Below are positions 45,896 to 55,612 of a stretch of DNA of 64,000 nt, one piece after another. Below the pieces are notes generated by a model. The model made no database searches and was not told where the DNA came from. It was given only the letters and a program-made list of their open reading frames with translations. The stretch is taken from NCBI GenBank assembly GCA_043821115.1, contig JBDRDD010000032.1, forward strand, positions 16,836-80,835, given 5' to 3'. Source of the DNA: a bacterium. GTDB taxonomy: Bacteria > CAYTYR01 > UBA6262 > DAOVJB01. Made by a program: the position numbers and the translations under genes. Each line of letters begins with the position of its first letter. Within the stretch, counting starts at the first letter, position 1.

Positions 45896-46829
45896 ATTGT
45901 TAAAACTACTTTGTTGTCCTAAGTGTAAAGAGGATTTAGCTATACATAAATCCGAAATTGTATCAGATAAGATTAGAAATGGTGATTTACAGTGTCCCGT
46001 TTGTCAGATAAAATACCCGATTAAAAATTTTATTCCTAGATTTGTAAAAACAGATAAATATGTAAAAAGTTTTAGTTTTGAGTGGCAAATTCATCACAAA
46101 ACGCAGTTAGATAGTACCAGAAGTGTTTCTGAATCTGAAGATACTTTTATAGAAAAAACAGGATTAAAATTAGAAAAGTTAAAAGGAAAACTTATTTTAG
46201 ATGTGGGGTGTGGAGTAGGTAGATACATAGAACCAGTTGCTCGGTGTGCACAGGAAGTTGTAGGGATTGACTTATCTTATGCTGTAGATTCTGCGCAAGA
46301 GAACCTTAAGTATTTTGATAATGTCCATATTATCCAGGCAGATATTTTTAACTTGCCTTTTAAAAAAGAAACTTTCGATTTTATTTATAGTATCGGGGTT
46401 CTCCACCATACACCAGATACAAAAAAAGCTTTTTTAAATCTAATTCCGTTTCTGAAAAAAGGAGGAAGCATAGCTATTTGGCTTTATTCTAATGAAACCC
46501 GTTATGAACGGGTTAGTAATAAATTTACCGATTTCTATCGTTTTTTTACGAGAAGGTTGCCTAAAAGATTATTATGGTATTTATGTCATTTAGCTATTCC
46601 TTTATATACATTAAAAAATATAAAAAAACTTAGGACTGTACTTGATTTGGTTTTACCTATGTCTAATCATCCTGATCCGGAATGGCGAGTTTTAGATACA
46701 TTTGACTGGTATTCACCCATGTTTCAACATAAACATACTTATCGAGAAGTAGTTGCTTGGTTTGAGGAAGCTGGTTTAAGGGATATTGAATTATTGAATT
46801 TTCCTGTATCAGTTAAGGGAAGGAAGTAA
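45885..46829 (+). CDS. Zinc-ribbon (Trm112-like) + class I SAM methyltransferase
   Basis: CCPKC...CPVC ribbon; ...LDVGCGVGRY...; collinear with 44284..45222 over the full length. Confidence 0.8.
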   Translation: MKDKLLKLLCCPKCKEDLAIHKSEIVSDKIRNGDLQCPVCQIKYPIKNFIPRFVKTDKYVKSFSFEWQIHHKTQLDSTRSVSESEDTFIEKTGLKLEKLKGKLILDVGCGVGRYIEPVARCAQEVVGIDLSYAVDSAQENLKYFDNVHIIQADIFNLPFKKETFDFIYSIGVLHHTPDTKKAFLNLIPFLKKGGSIAIWLYSNETRYERVSNKFTDFYRFFTRRLPKRLLWYLCHLAIPLYTLKNIKKLRTVLDLVLPMSNHPDPEWRVLDTFDWYSPMFQHKHTYREVVAWFEEAGLRDIELLNFPVSVKGRK

Positions 46830-46834
46830 TAGTA

Positions 46835-47986
46835 ATGAATCCCAGAATTTGTATGATATGCTCTCAATTTTATCCTGTAGTGGGTGGGACAGAAAGACAA
46901 GCAGAAAATTTAGCTATAGAATTAAAGAAGAAAGGATATTCTGTCTTTATTTTGACTCAGAGGATAAAAGGAATTGAGAATAAGGAAGTAAAAGACGGGA
47001 TAACAATTTATAGGAAGATTGTTGCTCCTCATTTAGGACTGCTTTTTGGGATAAGTTATATAATTTCTGTATTTTTGTTTTTGTGGGGTAAAAGAAAACA
47101 ATATGATATAATTCATTGCCATATTTTTTATTTGCATACGATTTCTGCTGTAATAATAGGTAAATTATTTCAAAAAAAAGTTATTGTTAAATTAGCTTGC
47201 ACGAGTGATTTTGGTGAAATACAAACAATGCAAAAAGAGAAAAAGGCAGATTTTTTGTTAAAGATCTATAGAAAAGCAGATATATTTGTTAGCGTAAGTC
47301 AGGAAGGGATAAAGGAGTTAAAAAATATTGGTATTCCAGAATCAAAGATCATCTATATTCCAAATAGTATCGATACATCGAAATTGTTTCCTGTTTCTGA
47401 TATAGAAAAGATAGAATTAAAAGAGAAATTGTTCCTTGATAAAGAAAAAAAAATTGTTTCTTTTGTCGGTAGACTAAACCTTCAAAAAGGTGTTGAATAT
47501 TTGCTCTACGCTTGGCAGAAAGTGATAAAGGAATATCCACAATCTCTTCTTTTGATTATTGGTGACGGACCAGAAAGAAAGAATTTGGAGCAGCTTTCTA
47601 ATGGTTTAAAGATAAAAGATACCAATATAATATTTATGGGGATAAAAAGAAATATTAGCGACTATTTACAAGCAAGTAATATTTTTGTGCTTCCTTCTCT
47701 TTCTGAAGGATTGTCTGGGGCACTTTTGGAAGCAATGGCTTGCGGGCTTCCTTGTATAGTCACTCGTATAGGAGGTAATATAGATTTAATTGAAGATAGG
47801 GTGAGTGGTTTATTCGTAGAACAAGCCAATGTTGCTGACTTAGCAGAGAAAATAAAATATCTATCTGGAAATCCTCGGCTAGAACCTCTTTTAGGAAAAA
47901 ATGCTCGTCTAAATGTAGAGAAAAAATTTTCACTTCCAATATTTGTAGAAGAATATATTCAATTATATAAGAATCTAATTAAATAA
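46835..47986 (+). CDS. Family 4 glycosyltransferase (paralogue 3 of 3)
   Basis: ...FVLPSLSEGLSGALLEAMACGLPCIVTRIGG...; N-terminus MNPRICMICSQFYPVVGGTERQA parallels the other two. Confidence 0.85.
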   Translation: MNPRICMICSQFYPVVGGTERQAENLAIELKKKGYSVFILTQRIKGIENKEVKDGITIYRKIVAPHLGLLFGISYIISVFLFLWGKRKQYDIIHCHIFYLHTISAVIIGKLFQKKVIVKLACTSDFGEIQTMQKEKKADFLLKIYRKADIFVSVSQEGIKELKNIGIPESKIIYIPNSIDTSKLFPVSDIEKIELKEKLFLDKEKKIVSFVGRLNLQKGVEYLLYAWQKVIKEYPQSLLLIIGDGPERKNLEQLSNGLKIKDTNIIFMGIKRNISDYLQASNIFVLPSLSEGLSGALLEAMACGLPCIVTRIGGNIDLIEDRVSGLFVEQANVADLAEKIKYLSGNPRLEPLLGKNARLNVEKKFSLPIFVEEYIQLYKNLIK

Positions 47987-47998
47987 AGGAAAAGTCCA

Positions 47999-49896
47999 AT
48001 GTGTGGAATTTGTGGTGTTTTTAATTATGGTTCAAAAGAAAGCGTAGACAAAGATCTACTACATAAGATGTGCAATGTAATGATTCATCGTGGTCCTGAT
48101 GAAGAAGGTTATTATGTTAAGGGTGATATAGGTTTAGGAATAAGAAGATTAGCTATTATAGATTTGAAAACAGGGCATCAACCAATTCATAATGAGGACA
48201 AAAGTATTTGGGTGATAGACAACGGGGAAATTTATAATTTTCAAGAATTAAGAGAAAATTTAGAAAAGAAAGGGCATAGGTTTTATACAAAAACTGATAC
48301 TGAAGCTATTGTTCATCTTTATGAAGATTATGGTATAGATTGTGTTAAATATTTGAGAGGGATGTTTGCCTTTGCTTTATGGGATGAAACCAAAAAGAAA
48401 TTATTTTTAGTGAGAGATAGATTAGGAAAGAAACCTTTAAATTATATGATTAAGAACAGAGGCCTTGTTTTTGGTTCAGAAATAAAATGTATTTTAGAAA
48501 ATCCTGAAATTAAAAAAGAAGTTAATCTAGAAGCTTTGCACTATTATCTTACTTACCAGTATATTCCAAGTCCTTTGACTATGTTTGAGGGGATAGAAAA
48601 GTTGCCTCCTGCTAGTATATTAAGTTGCGATGAAAAAGGGAATATAAATATTCGACGTTACTGGAATTTAAACTATAGAAATAAATTAAACTTGGAGGAA
48701 GAAGAGTATATAGAGCAAATCAGAAGCAAATTAAAGGAAGCAACGAAGTTGAGAATGATTAGTGACGTTCCTGTGGGAGCTTTTCTTTCAGGAGGTCTGG
48801 ATTCTTCGGTTATAGTTGGTCTGATGAGTGAAATAAGTTCTGAACCAGTTAAAACTTTTTCTATTGGTTTTGAAGAACAGGATTTTTCGGAGCTACATTA
48901 TGCTCGTATAGTAGCGAAACATTTTGGAACTAATCATACAGAATTCATTGTAAAATCACAGATGGTTGAAATATTACCCAAGTTAATCTGGCATTATGGG
49001 GAACCCTATGCTGATTCTTCTGCCTTACCTTCATACTACGTTGCCAATGAGACGCGAAAACATGTAACAGTAGCATTAAATGGAGATGGAGGAGATGAAA
49101 ATTTTGCGGGATACCTAAGGTATAGAGCCCATAAAATAGCATACTTTGTAGCTAATATTTATAAATACTCAGGTGGAAAAATAGTAAATAGAATTTTAGA
49201 TTTATTTCCTGAGTCTTCAAATCAACGGAATCTGCTACGTAAGGCAAAGAGATTTTCCTCTGCTCTTTTTGAACCTCCTGAATATAGAAATATTCGCTGG
49301 CATTGTTTTTTTAATAACGAGCAAAAAATGAAACTTTATTCTAAAAATATGAGAACTAAATTTTTACAACATAACGCGTATATTATATGGCTGAACTGTT
49401 TCTAAATGCGCCAGCTGATGATTTGTTAGATAGAATACTCTATACAGACATTAGGAGTTATTTGCCAGAAGATTTGCTAGTAAAAATGGATATTGCTACT
49501 ATGGCTAACTCTTTAGAGGTTCGTTCTCCTTTTCTTGACCATGAATTTATGGAATTTGCTGTTCAAATTCCTTCATCTTTAAAACTGAAAGGTTTAAACT
49601 CAAAATATATACTTAAAAAAAGCATGAAAGGATTTTTACCTAAAGAAATCTTAAATAGACCTAAAATGGGATTTGGTATTCCTGTTGCTAAATGGCTTAG
49701 ACAAGATTTAAGAGATTATACAAAAGATATCTTGCTAAACGAAAAAAGTGTAAATAGGGGATATTTTGATAAGAAATATGTGGAGCAGTTGATCGGAGAA
49801 CATATTTCAGGACATAGGGACCATGGATATAGATTGTGGGCACTTTTAATACTTGAGCTTTGGCATAGGGTGTATATTGATGGGGAACGGGTATAG
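47999..49896 (+). pseudogene. asnB: Asparagine synthase (glutamine-hydrolysing) family amidotransferase, split by a frameshift
   Basis: ORF 47999..49405 has the Ntn nucleophile MCGI and PP-loop SGGLDSS. ORF 49387..49896, in another frame, continues the family's C-terminal region (...YLPEDLLVKMDIATMANSLEVRSPFLDH...). The second frame is open only from 49375. Confidence 0.8.
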
Positions 49897-49990
49897 AGTA
49901 ATATTATTCTATATCTTTTAACCTTTATTTTTCAATGGGAGAAGCGTTTGGTTACTAAATACGCTATATCGGATGTATGGAGCTTGCATA

Positions 49991-50992
49991 ATGAAACGTA
50001 AAAGAATAATACAGTTTATCGTAGGAATACTGATAAGTGTTGTTTTTTTGTACATGGTCTTACGCAGTGTGAATTTCTCTGAGGTACTAAAGGCTCTGGG
50101 GCGTGCACGTTATCTTTATGTTTTATATGCCATGCTTTTGACAGTCGCTGCGTTTTACACGAGAAGTATAAGATGGAAGTATCTCTTGCATCAGGAGAAA
50201 AAGTTAAAACAGCAAAACCTGTTTGCCGCAACATGTGTCGGTTTGATGAGCAATAATATCCTTCCCTTCAGGCTGGGGGATTTTGTCCAATCTTATTTTC
50301 TGGGACGCAAGGAAAATATGTCCAGAACATATATTTTCTCAACAGTCATGCTGGAGAGACTGTTCGATTTATTGATGCTGCTTGCGTTTTTCGGAGGGGC
50401 ATCGCTAATTTCCTCTTTTCCTGTAGAAGTAAAAGGTATATTATTCGTAACGATTGCTGGTTTTGTGGGTATTGTTGCTGTCGTGATATTTATGCTCTAC
50501 GGTGAAAAGGTTGAATCAATTATTTCGGCTTTTATAGGATGCTTTTCCGAGAGAATGAAAACCAAAATAAGCGGTTGGATGAATTCTTTTATATCAGGAT
50601 TCCAGGTTATAAAAAGCGCGAAGGCGTTAATAAGAATTATTTCTCTTTCTGTAATAGGCTGGATACTGAACGTTATGATACTATGGTTGGTCTTTATAGC
50701 TTTCGGGATTGACAGGCCGTTTCCTGTTATAACCATTGTGCTTACTATAATACTGATAAGTGTCATGATACCATCTTCTCCCGGATATATAGGTACATGG
50801 GAATACTTCGGGGTTTTTGCGATGGGCCTTTTTGGTATAGATAAAAATCTGGCGTTTAGCTGTGTTCTCGTACACCATATGACGCAGTATATCCCCCTTT
50901 TGGTCCTTGGGTTATTTTTTATAGCAAGGGAAGGGATGAGTCTTAAGGAAGTAAAGAATATATCTGAGTTGGAGAGCCGAAAAGATGGATAA
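49991..50992 (+). CDS. Polytopic membrane protein, UPF0104 / lysyl-PG-synthase-TM-region (flippase-like) family
   Basis: ~8 TM, basic N-terminus MKRKRII...; loop ...RSIRWKYLL... as I remember for this family. ATG 49991 preferred over the track start 49973. Confidence 0.55.
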   Translation: MKRKRIIQFIVGILISVVFLYMVLRSVNFSEVLKALGRARYLYVLYAMLLTVAAFYTRSIRWKYLLHQEKKLKQQNLFAATCVGLMSNNILPFRLGDFVQSYFLGRKENMSRTYIFSTVMLERLFDLLMLLAFFGGASLISSFPVEVKGILFVTIAGFVGIVAVVIFMLYGEKVESIISAFIGCFSERMKTKISGWMNSFISGFQVIKSAKALIRIISLSVIGWILNVMILWLVFIAFGIDRPFPVITIVLTIILISVMIPSSPGYIGTWEYFGVFAMGLFGIDKNLAFSCVLVHHMTQYIPLLVLGLFFIAREGMSLKEVKNISELESRKDG

Positions 50993-52088
50993 GGTCAGAG
51001 TCCTACACCTTATAACAAGCCTTAATATGGGGGGCACAGAAAAATATGTATTGAACCTGACGAAGGCACTTAAAGAGCGTTTTTCTTTTCATGTTGGTTA
51101 CATAAAAGAGGAAGGGCCTATCGCCGAGGCGCTAAGAGAAGAAGGGATTAATGTTATCCGGATAAATAATTTTTTCTCACTCTACAGGTTCCTGGAGCAC
51201 AACGACATTCAGATATTGCACACACACCTTTACAGGGCTAATATCATGGGCAGGCTCATCGGGAAAATATCGAGAGTTCCTGTCATAATATCAAGCCAGA
51301 GAAGCATTGATGCCTGGAAGAGGTGGCACCATGTGATGATAGACAAATGGACAATGCACTTTGCCGATTATATTATCGCAAATTCCGAAGCTACAAAAGA
51401 CCTCCTGACAAGAAGAGAAAAGGTAAGCGCTTCGAAGATAGAGGTCATCTATAACGGAGTTGATACAGCCGCCTATGTGCCAAGTGTTTCTGGCGAAGTT
51501 GTGAGGGAAAGACTTGGGATAAGCCAGGATATTCCGGTAATAGGCTATGTAGGGAGACTTCATCCGGAGAAAGGCGTGGATTTTATCCCACGGATTGCTT
51601 CGGAGTTAAGAAAAACAATCCCCCAGTTTAAGGTGCTTGTAATAGGAGACGGGCCGTTTAAGCAGAGGTTAAAACACGCTATTTCCAAGGAATCTCTGTC
51701 GGAACATATTGTTTTGCTTGGAACAAAGGACGACATATTGAGCTTTATAGATGTAATGGATGTTGTGATACTGCCATCCCGGGAGGAGAGTTTTTCCCAG
51801 GCTGCCCTTGAATCAATGAAAATGGAAAAGCCGGTGATCGCCTCAGATGTCGGTGGGATGGGAGAATTAATAGATAGCGGTAAGAACGGTATTCTTATGC
51901 ATCCAGGCAGGCCAATTGCTTTTGCGCAAGCCATACTTTCTCTGCTTGAAAACAGACCCATGGCTGAGAAAATTGGGGAAGCCGCTAGGAAAAAGGTAAC
52001 AGAGAATTTTGATATTAAGGAAATGATAGAAAAGACAGAAAATATATACATGAAACTTATAAAGAAAAAGCTAAAGTGGAGGAAATAA
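50985..52088 (+). CDS. Family 4 glycosyltransferase
   Basis: ...VLHLITSLNMGGTEK...; ...VILPSREESFSQAALESMKMEKPVIASDVGG... Confidence 0.85.
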   Translation: MDKVRVLHLITSLNMGGTEKYVLNLTKALKERFSFHVGYIKEEGPIAEALREEGINVIRINNFFSLYRFLEHNDIQILHTHLYRANIMGRLIGKISRVPVIISSQRSIDAWKRWHHVMIDKWTMHFADYIIANSEATKDLLTRREKVSASKIEVIYNGVDTAAYVPSVSGEVVRERLGISQDIPVIGYVGRLHPEKGVDFIPRIASELRKTIPQFKVLVIGDGPFKQRLKHAISKESLSEHIVLLGTKDDILSFIDVMDVVILPSREESFSQAALESMKMEKPVIASDVGGMGELIDSGKNGILMHPGRPIAFAQAILSLLENRPMAEKIGEAARKKVTENFDIKEMIEKTENIYMKLIKKKLKWRK

Positions 52089-52089
52089 T

Positions 52090-53031
52090 ATGAATTCATA
52101 CTTGGTTACCGGAGGGGCAGGGTTTATAGGGTCTAACATAGTTGAAGCCCTTGTAAACAAGGGAGAGAAAGTGCGCGTCTTAGACAATTTTTCCACGGGC
52201 AGGAGGAAAAATATAGAGCATTTATTGGACAAAATAGAGCTAGTAGAAGGGGACCTGCGGGATTACGGGCTCATTATGCAGGTTACATCAGGTGTTGATT
52301 ATGTTATACATCAGGCAGCCCTCCCCTCTGTATTTCGCTCTATTCAGGAACCCGTTATTGTAAATGAAGTTAATGTTAACGGGACACTGCATATTCTTAA
52401 TTCAGCCGTGAAGAATAAGGTTAAGAGAGTCGTCTATGCAAGTTCTTCATCTGTATACGGAGATACTCCTGTGCTTCCCAAAAAGGAGGAATTTATTCCC
52501 TCGCCTCTTTCTCCTTACGCTATCACCAAGCTTACGGGTGAATATTATTGCAGGGTATTTCATGGCGTGTACGGTCTCGAAACAGTTTCACTTCGCTACT
52601 TTAACGTTTTCGGGCCTCGTCAGGATCCGACATCTGAATACTCAGCGGTTATCCCAAAATTTATAAGCATAATGATGGGAGGAAAAGCACCAACAGTCTA
52701 TGGAGATGGGAAACAGACTAGGGATTTCACATATATCGATAATGTGGTTTCGGCGAATCTTAAAGCCTGCACAGCTGCTGATGCCGCGGGCTCATTTGTT
52801 AACATAGCGTGCGGGGAGAGGATTTCCCTGCTACAGTTGATAGAACACCTAAATAAAGCGCTGGAGACCAATATAGAGCCTCTTTTAACGGAGTCAAGGA
52901 AAGGGGACGTAAAACATTCACTGGCAGATATCTCCCAGGCTGAAAAATTTATAGGGTATACTCCTCTGGTTTCTACCCAGGAGGGTCTGCTCAAGACAGT
53001 CAAATGGTTTAGCTCTCATTTAGAGAGGTGA
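52090..53031 (+). CDS. NAD-dependent nucleotide-sugar epimerase (WbpP/TviC-like)
   Basis: GGAGFIGSN, ...YASSSSVYG..., YAITK, ...GDGKQTRDFTYIDNVV... Confidence 0.88.
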   Translation: MNSYLVTGGAGFIGSNIVEALVNKGEKVRVLDNFSTGRRKNIEHLLDKIELVEGDLRDYGLIMQVTSGVDYVIHQAALPSVFRSIQEPVIVNEVNVNGTLHILNSAVKNKVKRVVYASSSSVYGDTPVLPKKEEFIPSPLSPYAITKLTGEYYCRVFHGVYGLETVSLRYFNVFGPRQDPTSEYSAVIPKFISIMMGGKAPTVYGDGKQTRDFTYIDNVVSANLKACTAADAAGSFVNIACGERISLLQLIEHLNKALETNIEPLLTESRKGDVKHSLADISQAEKFIGYTPLVSTQEGLLKTVKWFSSHLER

Positions 53032-53060
53032 TTGACAATAAGGCTTTAATATAGTATATT
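53032..53060 (+). promoter_or_regulatory. Candidate sigma70 promoter
   Basis: Consensus TTGACA at 53032-53037, exact 17-nt spacer, TATATT at 53055-53060; about 100 nt upstream of the TPR gene. Confidence 0.55.
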
Positions 53061-53160
53061 ATTATATTAAGCTAGGGGTGCCTCAACATCATATATAATA
53101 TATATATCCAAAAGCATAAAAGCGCAAAGAAAGTATGGGAATGCTCAAAAGGTAACCCAA

Positions 53161-54525
53161 ATGGCAAAAAAGTTCAACCTAAAATCAAGAAGATCAAAAA
53201 TAATATTAATAGCAGTAGTTTCTTGTGTTATTTTATTTGGTTTCATAAGTACTCTTGCGAGGAGACGAGCGACACATAAGTATGAACTGGGAGTAATGTC
53301 TTTAATGCAGGGTGACTACGAATCTGCGATTAAATACTTCAGTCATTCAACAAAGGTCTGGCCTGATGGCTGGTGGTTCGAGGATGCCCGTAGCAAGATG
53401 TTGTATTGCAGGGTAAATACCGGAGAAAACATAGACCTGCTCTTAGGGGAATCAGGCAAGAGGTCAAAGGAGAGTAGCCTGGTGCAAAATTTTATAGTTA
53501 TAATAGTAGCCCTTCTGGTAATAGCCGGGGTAGGATTTATGCTTTCGATTAGGGCAAAGCGTAAGAAAAAAGCCCAGCAGTTCCTCCAGTATATTCAAAA
53601 CATAGGGAAAAGGATAAAATCGAATCTTCCCCCAACCTGTCTTGAGAAGGCTGTTGACGGGATTAGTTCTGTAGAGGATTACAGGGAATATATTAAACAC
53701 TATAAAGACGGAGAATTTGTAAAGCTTGCGGATTGCCTGATAACAGAATACCAGCTCAAAAGCAATCTGGAGTCTGTTGATTCTCTAAATAGTGCAGTTG
53801 AGGCGTATCGTAATCTTTTAAGAGATTATAAGGATTCCGTGTTCGCAGAAGAAGTACTGTATAAACTGGCTAACATATCATTTTTCAGGCTTAATGACTA
53901 CAATAAGGCGGTTTCCTCTTATAAGAGCATTATCGAAAAATTCCCTGAAAGCAAGTGGGTTAAAATAGCCCGTTCCAGAGTAAATCTTGTCCAGGATAAT
54001 TCTGATTATGAACGTCAGCCCTTGACTATGTATATAACTGCGGAGAGGGAGTATGAGAGCAAAAAATATGACAAAGCAATTAACAGTTTTAGAAAAGTGA
54101 TAGAAAAATTTCCTCATGCAAATTTGGCAGATGATGCCCTTTATTCTATAGGAGACATATACATGTATAAGATAAATGATCCTGTACATGCTATCCGGGA
54201 GTACCATCAGATCATAGAAAGCTATCCACAGAGCAGGTATGCGCCTAATGCGCAATATAAGATTGGTGAGTGTTACAGGAGATTAAAGGAATTTGCAAAT
54301 GCTATAGGCGAGTATGAGAAATTTATACAGGATTATCCTGAATGTGACTTCCTGGACTACGGGTATTATTACCTGGCTCAATGTTACGAGCAGGAGAAGG
54401 AATTATTAAAAGCCAAGAATTTATATCAGAAGCTTGTGAATGTGTACCCTGGCAGTATGTGGGTAGTGGTGGCGACATCAAGACTTGAAGTACTAAAAGA
54501 TATCAATGAGGATAAGAAGGAGTAA
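53161..54525 (+). CDS. TPR (YbgF/BamD-like repeat) protein with two TM segments
   Basis: TM near aa 14-33 and aa 111-130. Repeats ...YKLANISFFRLNDYNKAVSSYKSIIEKFPESKW..., ...ALYSIGDIYMYK...IIESYPQSRYAPNAQYKIGECY... Confidence 0.7.
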   Translation: MAKKFNLKSRRSKIILIAVVSCVILFGFISTLARRRATHKYELGVMSLMQGDYESAIKYFSHSTKVWPDGWWFEDARSKMLYCRVNTGENIDLLLGESGKRSKESSLVQNFIVIIVALLVIAGVGFMLSIRAKRKKKAQQFLQYIQNIGKRIKSNLPPTCLEKAVDGISSVEDYREYIKHYKDGEFVKLADCLITEYQLKSNLESVDSLNSAVEAYRNLLRDYKDSVFAEEVLYKLANISFFRLNDYNKAVSSYKSIIEKFPESKWVKIARSRVNLVQDNSDYERQPLTMYITAEREYESKKYDKAINSFRKVIEKFPHANLADDALYSIGDIYMYKINDPVHAIREYHQIIESYPQSRYAPNAQYKIGECYRRLKEFANAIGEYEKFIQDYPECDFLDYGYYYLAQCYEQEKELLKAKNLYQKLVNVYPGSMWVVVATSRLEVLKDINEDKKE

Positions 54526-54536
54526 AACTCTTACCA

Positions 54537-55577
54537 ATGCTGGGTTATCTCGTAACCTTTATTATTGCCCTTATTGCCTCGTATCTACTCACACCCTTGA
54601 TACGCAGGGTTGCAATTGAATTTAAGATAATGGATAAACCCAGCTCTTCCGAAATTAAAACCCACCTGGTAGCTACACCTTATCTGGGTGGGGTTGCCAT
54701 TTATTTTTCTTTTGTCATAGCGTTGTTTCTTGCCACGATATTTCTGCATCTAAGCTGGGAAGATATTTACATAGTTCTTATCAGTGGAACAATTATCATG
54801 TTCATGGGGCTCATCGATGATATCAGCTCACTTAGCGTTTATCTTAGATTCATAATACAAATTGTTATTGCGTTTGTCCTAATTCTATTTAACATTCGCA
54901 TAATGTTCATCTCTCCTTCCTACATAGGAATGTTTTTAACTGTTCTTTGGGTGGTAGGAATTACAAACGCATTTAACATTATAGATATAATGGATGGTCT
55001 TTCTGCCGGAGTTGCGGTCATTGCTTCTATGGCGCTTCTTTTTATAGCGCTTCCCACTGAGCAGATATATGTTAACTTCGCGGCAGCGGCACTTGCTGGG
55101 AGCACATTGGGTTTTCTTAAATACAATTTTTTCCTTCGTAAAGATAAGAAAGCCTTGATTTTTATGGGGGACGCAGGGAGTCTTTTTATAGGGTTTATAC
55201 TGGCAGCGCTCTCGATGGGGACCAGTTATACAAAAATGAATGATATAGCTCTTTTCTCTCCGCTCTTAATACTGGGAATTCCAATATATGATACATTCTT
55301 TGTCATGCTTTTGAGATTTAAGCAGGGAAAACCTATTTTCCACGGTAGCCGTGATCATGTGGCCTTGCGCCTGGAGGTGTTAGGTTTTAATCGCAAGCAG
55401 GTGGTGCTTATTATCTACGGGGTGAGTGCATTGCTGAGTCTGGTTGCTTTATTGCTTACCAATGTCAAGATTAACTGGGCGATATACATATATCTGTTTG
55501 TTGGAGCTGTATCTGTCATAGGTGCCGTTAAACTCGGGAAGATCAAGATGGAAGAAAAAAACAATAACGTGCATTAA
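54537..55577 (+). CDS. MraY/WecA-family polyprenyl-phosphate sugar-1-phosphate transferase (GT4-type initiating enzyme)
   Basis: ~10-11 TM; ...NAFNIIDIMDGLSAG... and ...FMGDAGSLFIGF... motifs. Confidence 0.85.
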   Translation: MLGYLVTFIIALIASYLLTPLIRRVAIEFKIMDKPSSSEIKTHLVATPYLGGVAIYFSFVIALFLATIFLHLSWEDIYIVLISGTIIMFMGLIDDISSLSVYLRFIIQIVIAFVLILFNIRIMFISPSYIGMFLTVLWVVGITNAFNIIDIMDGLSAGVAVIASMALLFIALPTEQIYVNFAAAALAGSTLGFLKYNFFLRKDKKALIFMGDAGSLFIGFILAALSMGTSYTKMNDIALFSPLLILGIPIYDTFFVMLLRFKQGKPIFHGSRDHVALRLEVLGFNRKQVVLIIYGVSALLSLVALLLTNVKINWAIYIYLFVGAVSVIGAVKLGKIKMEEKNNNVH

Positions 55578-55612
55578 TCCCTCTTAATTATTCAAGGAAG
55601 ATCATACGATCA

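Noticed and set aside
39060-49972. Low-GC block as a classical mobile genomic island
   Set aside because: No integrase, transposase or tRNA is present, and no convincing flanking direct repeat (only a shared 8-mer CTTTATTT near both edges). It is kept as a compositional observation, not called a mobile element.
51560-52099. 179-aa minus-strand ORF
   Set aside because: Antisense to the GT4 gene 50985-52088; no motifs.
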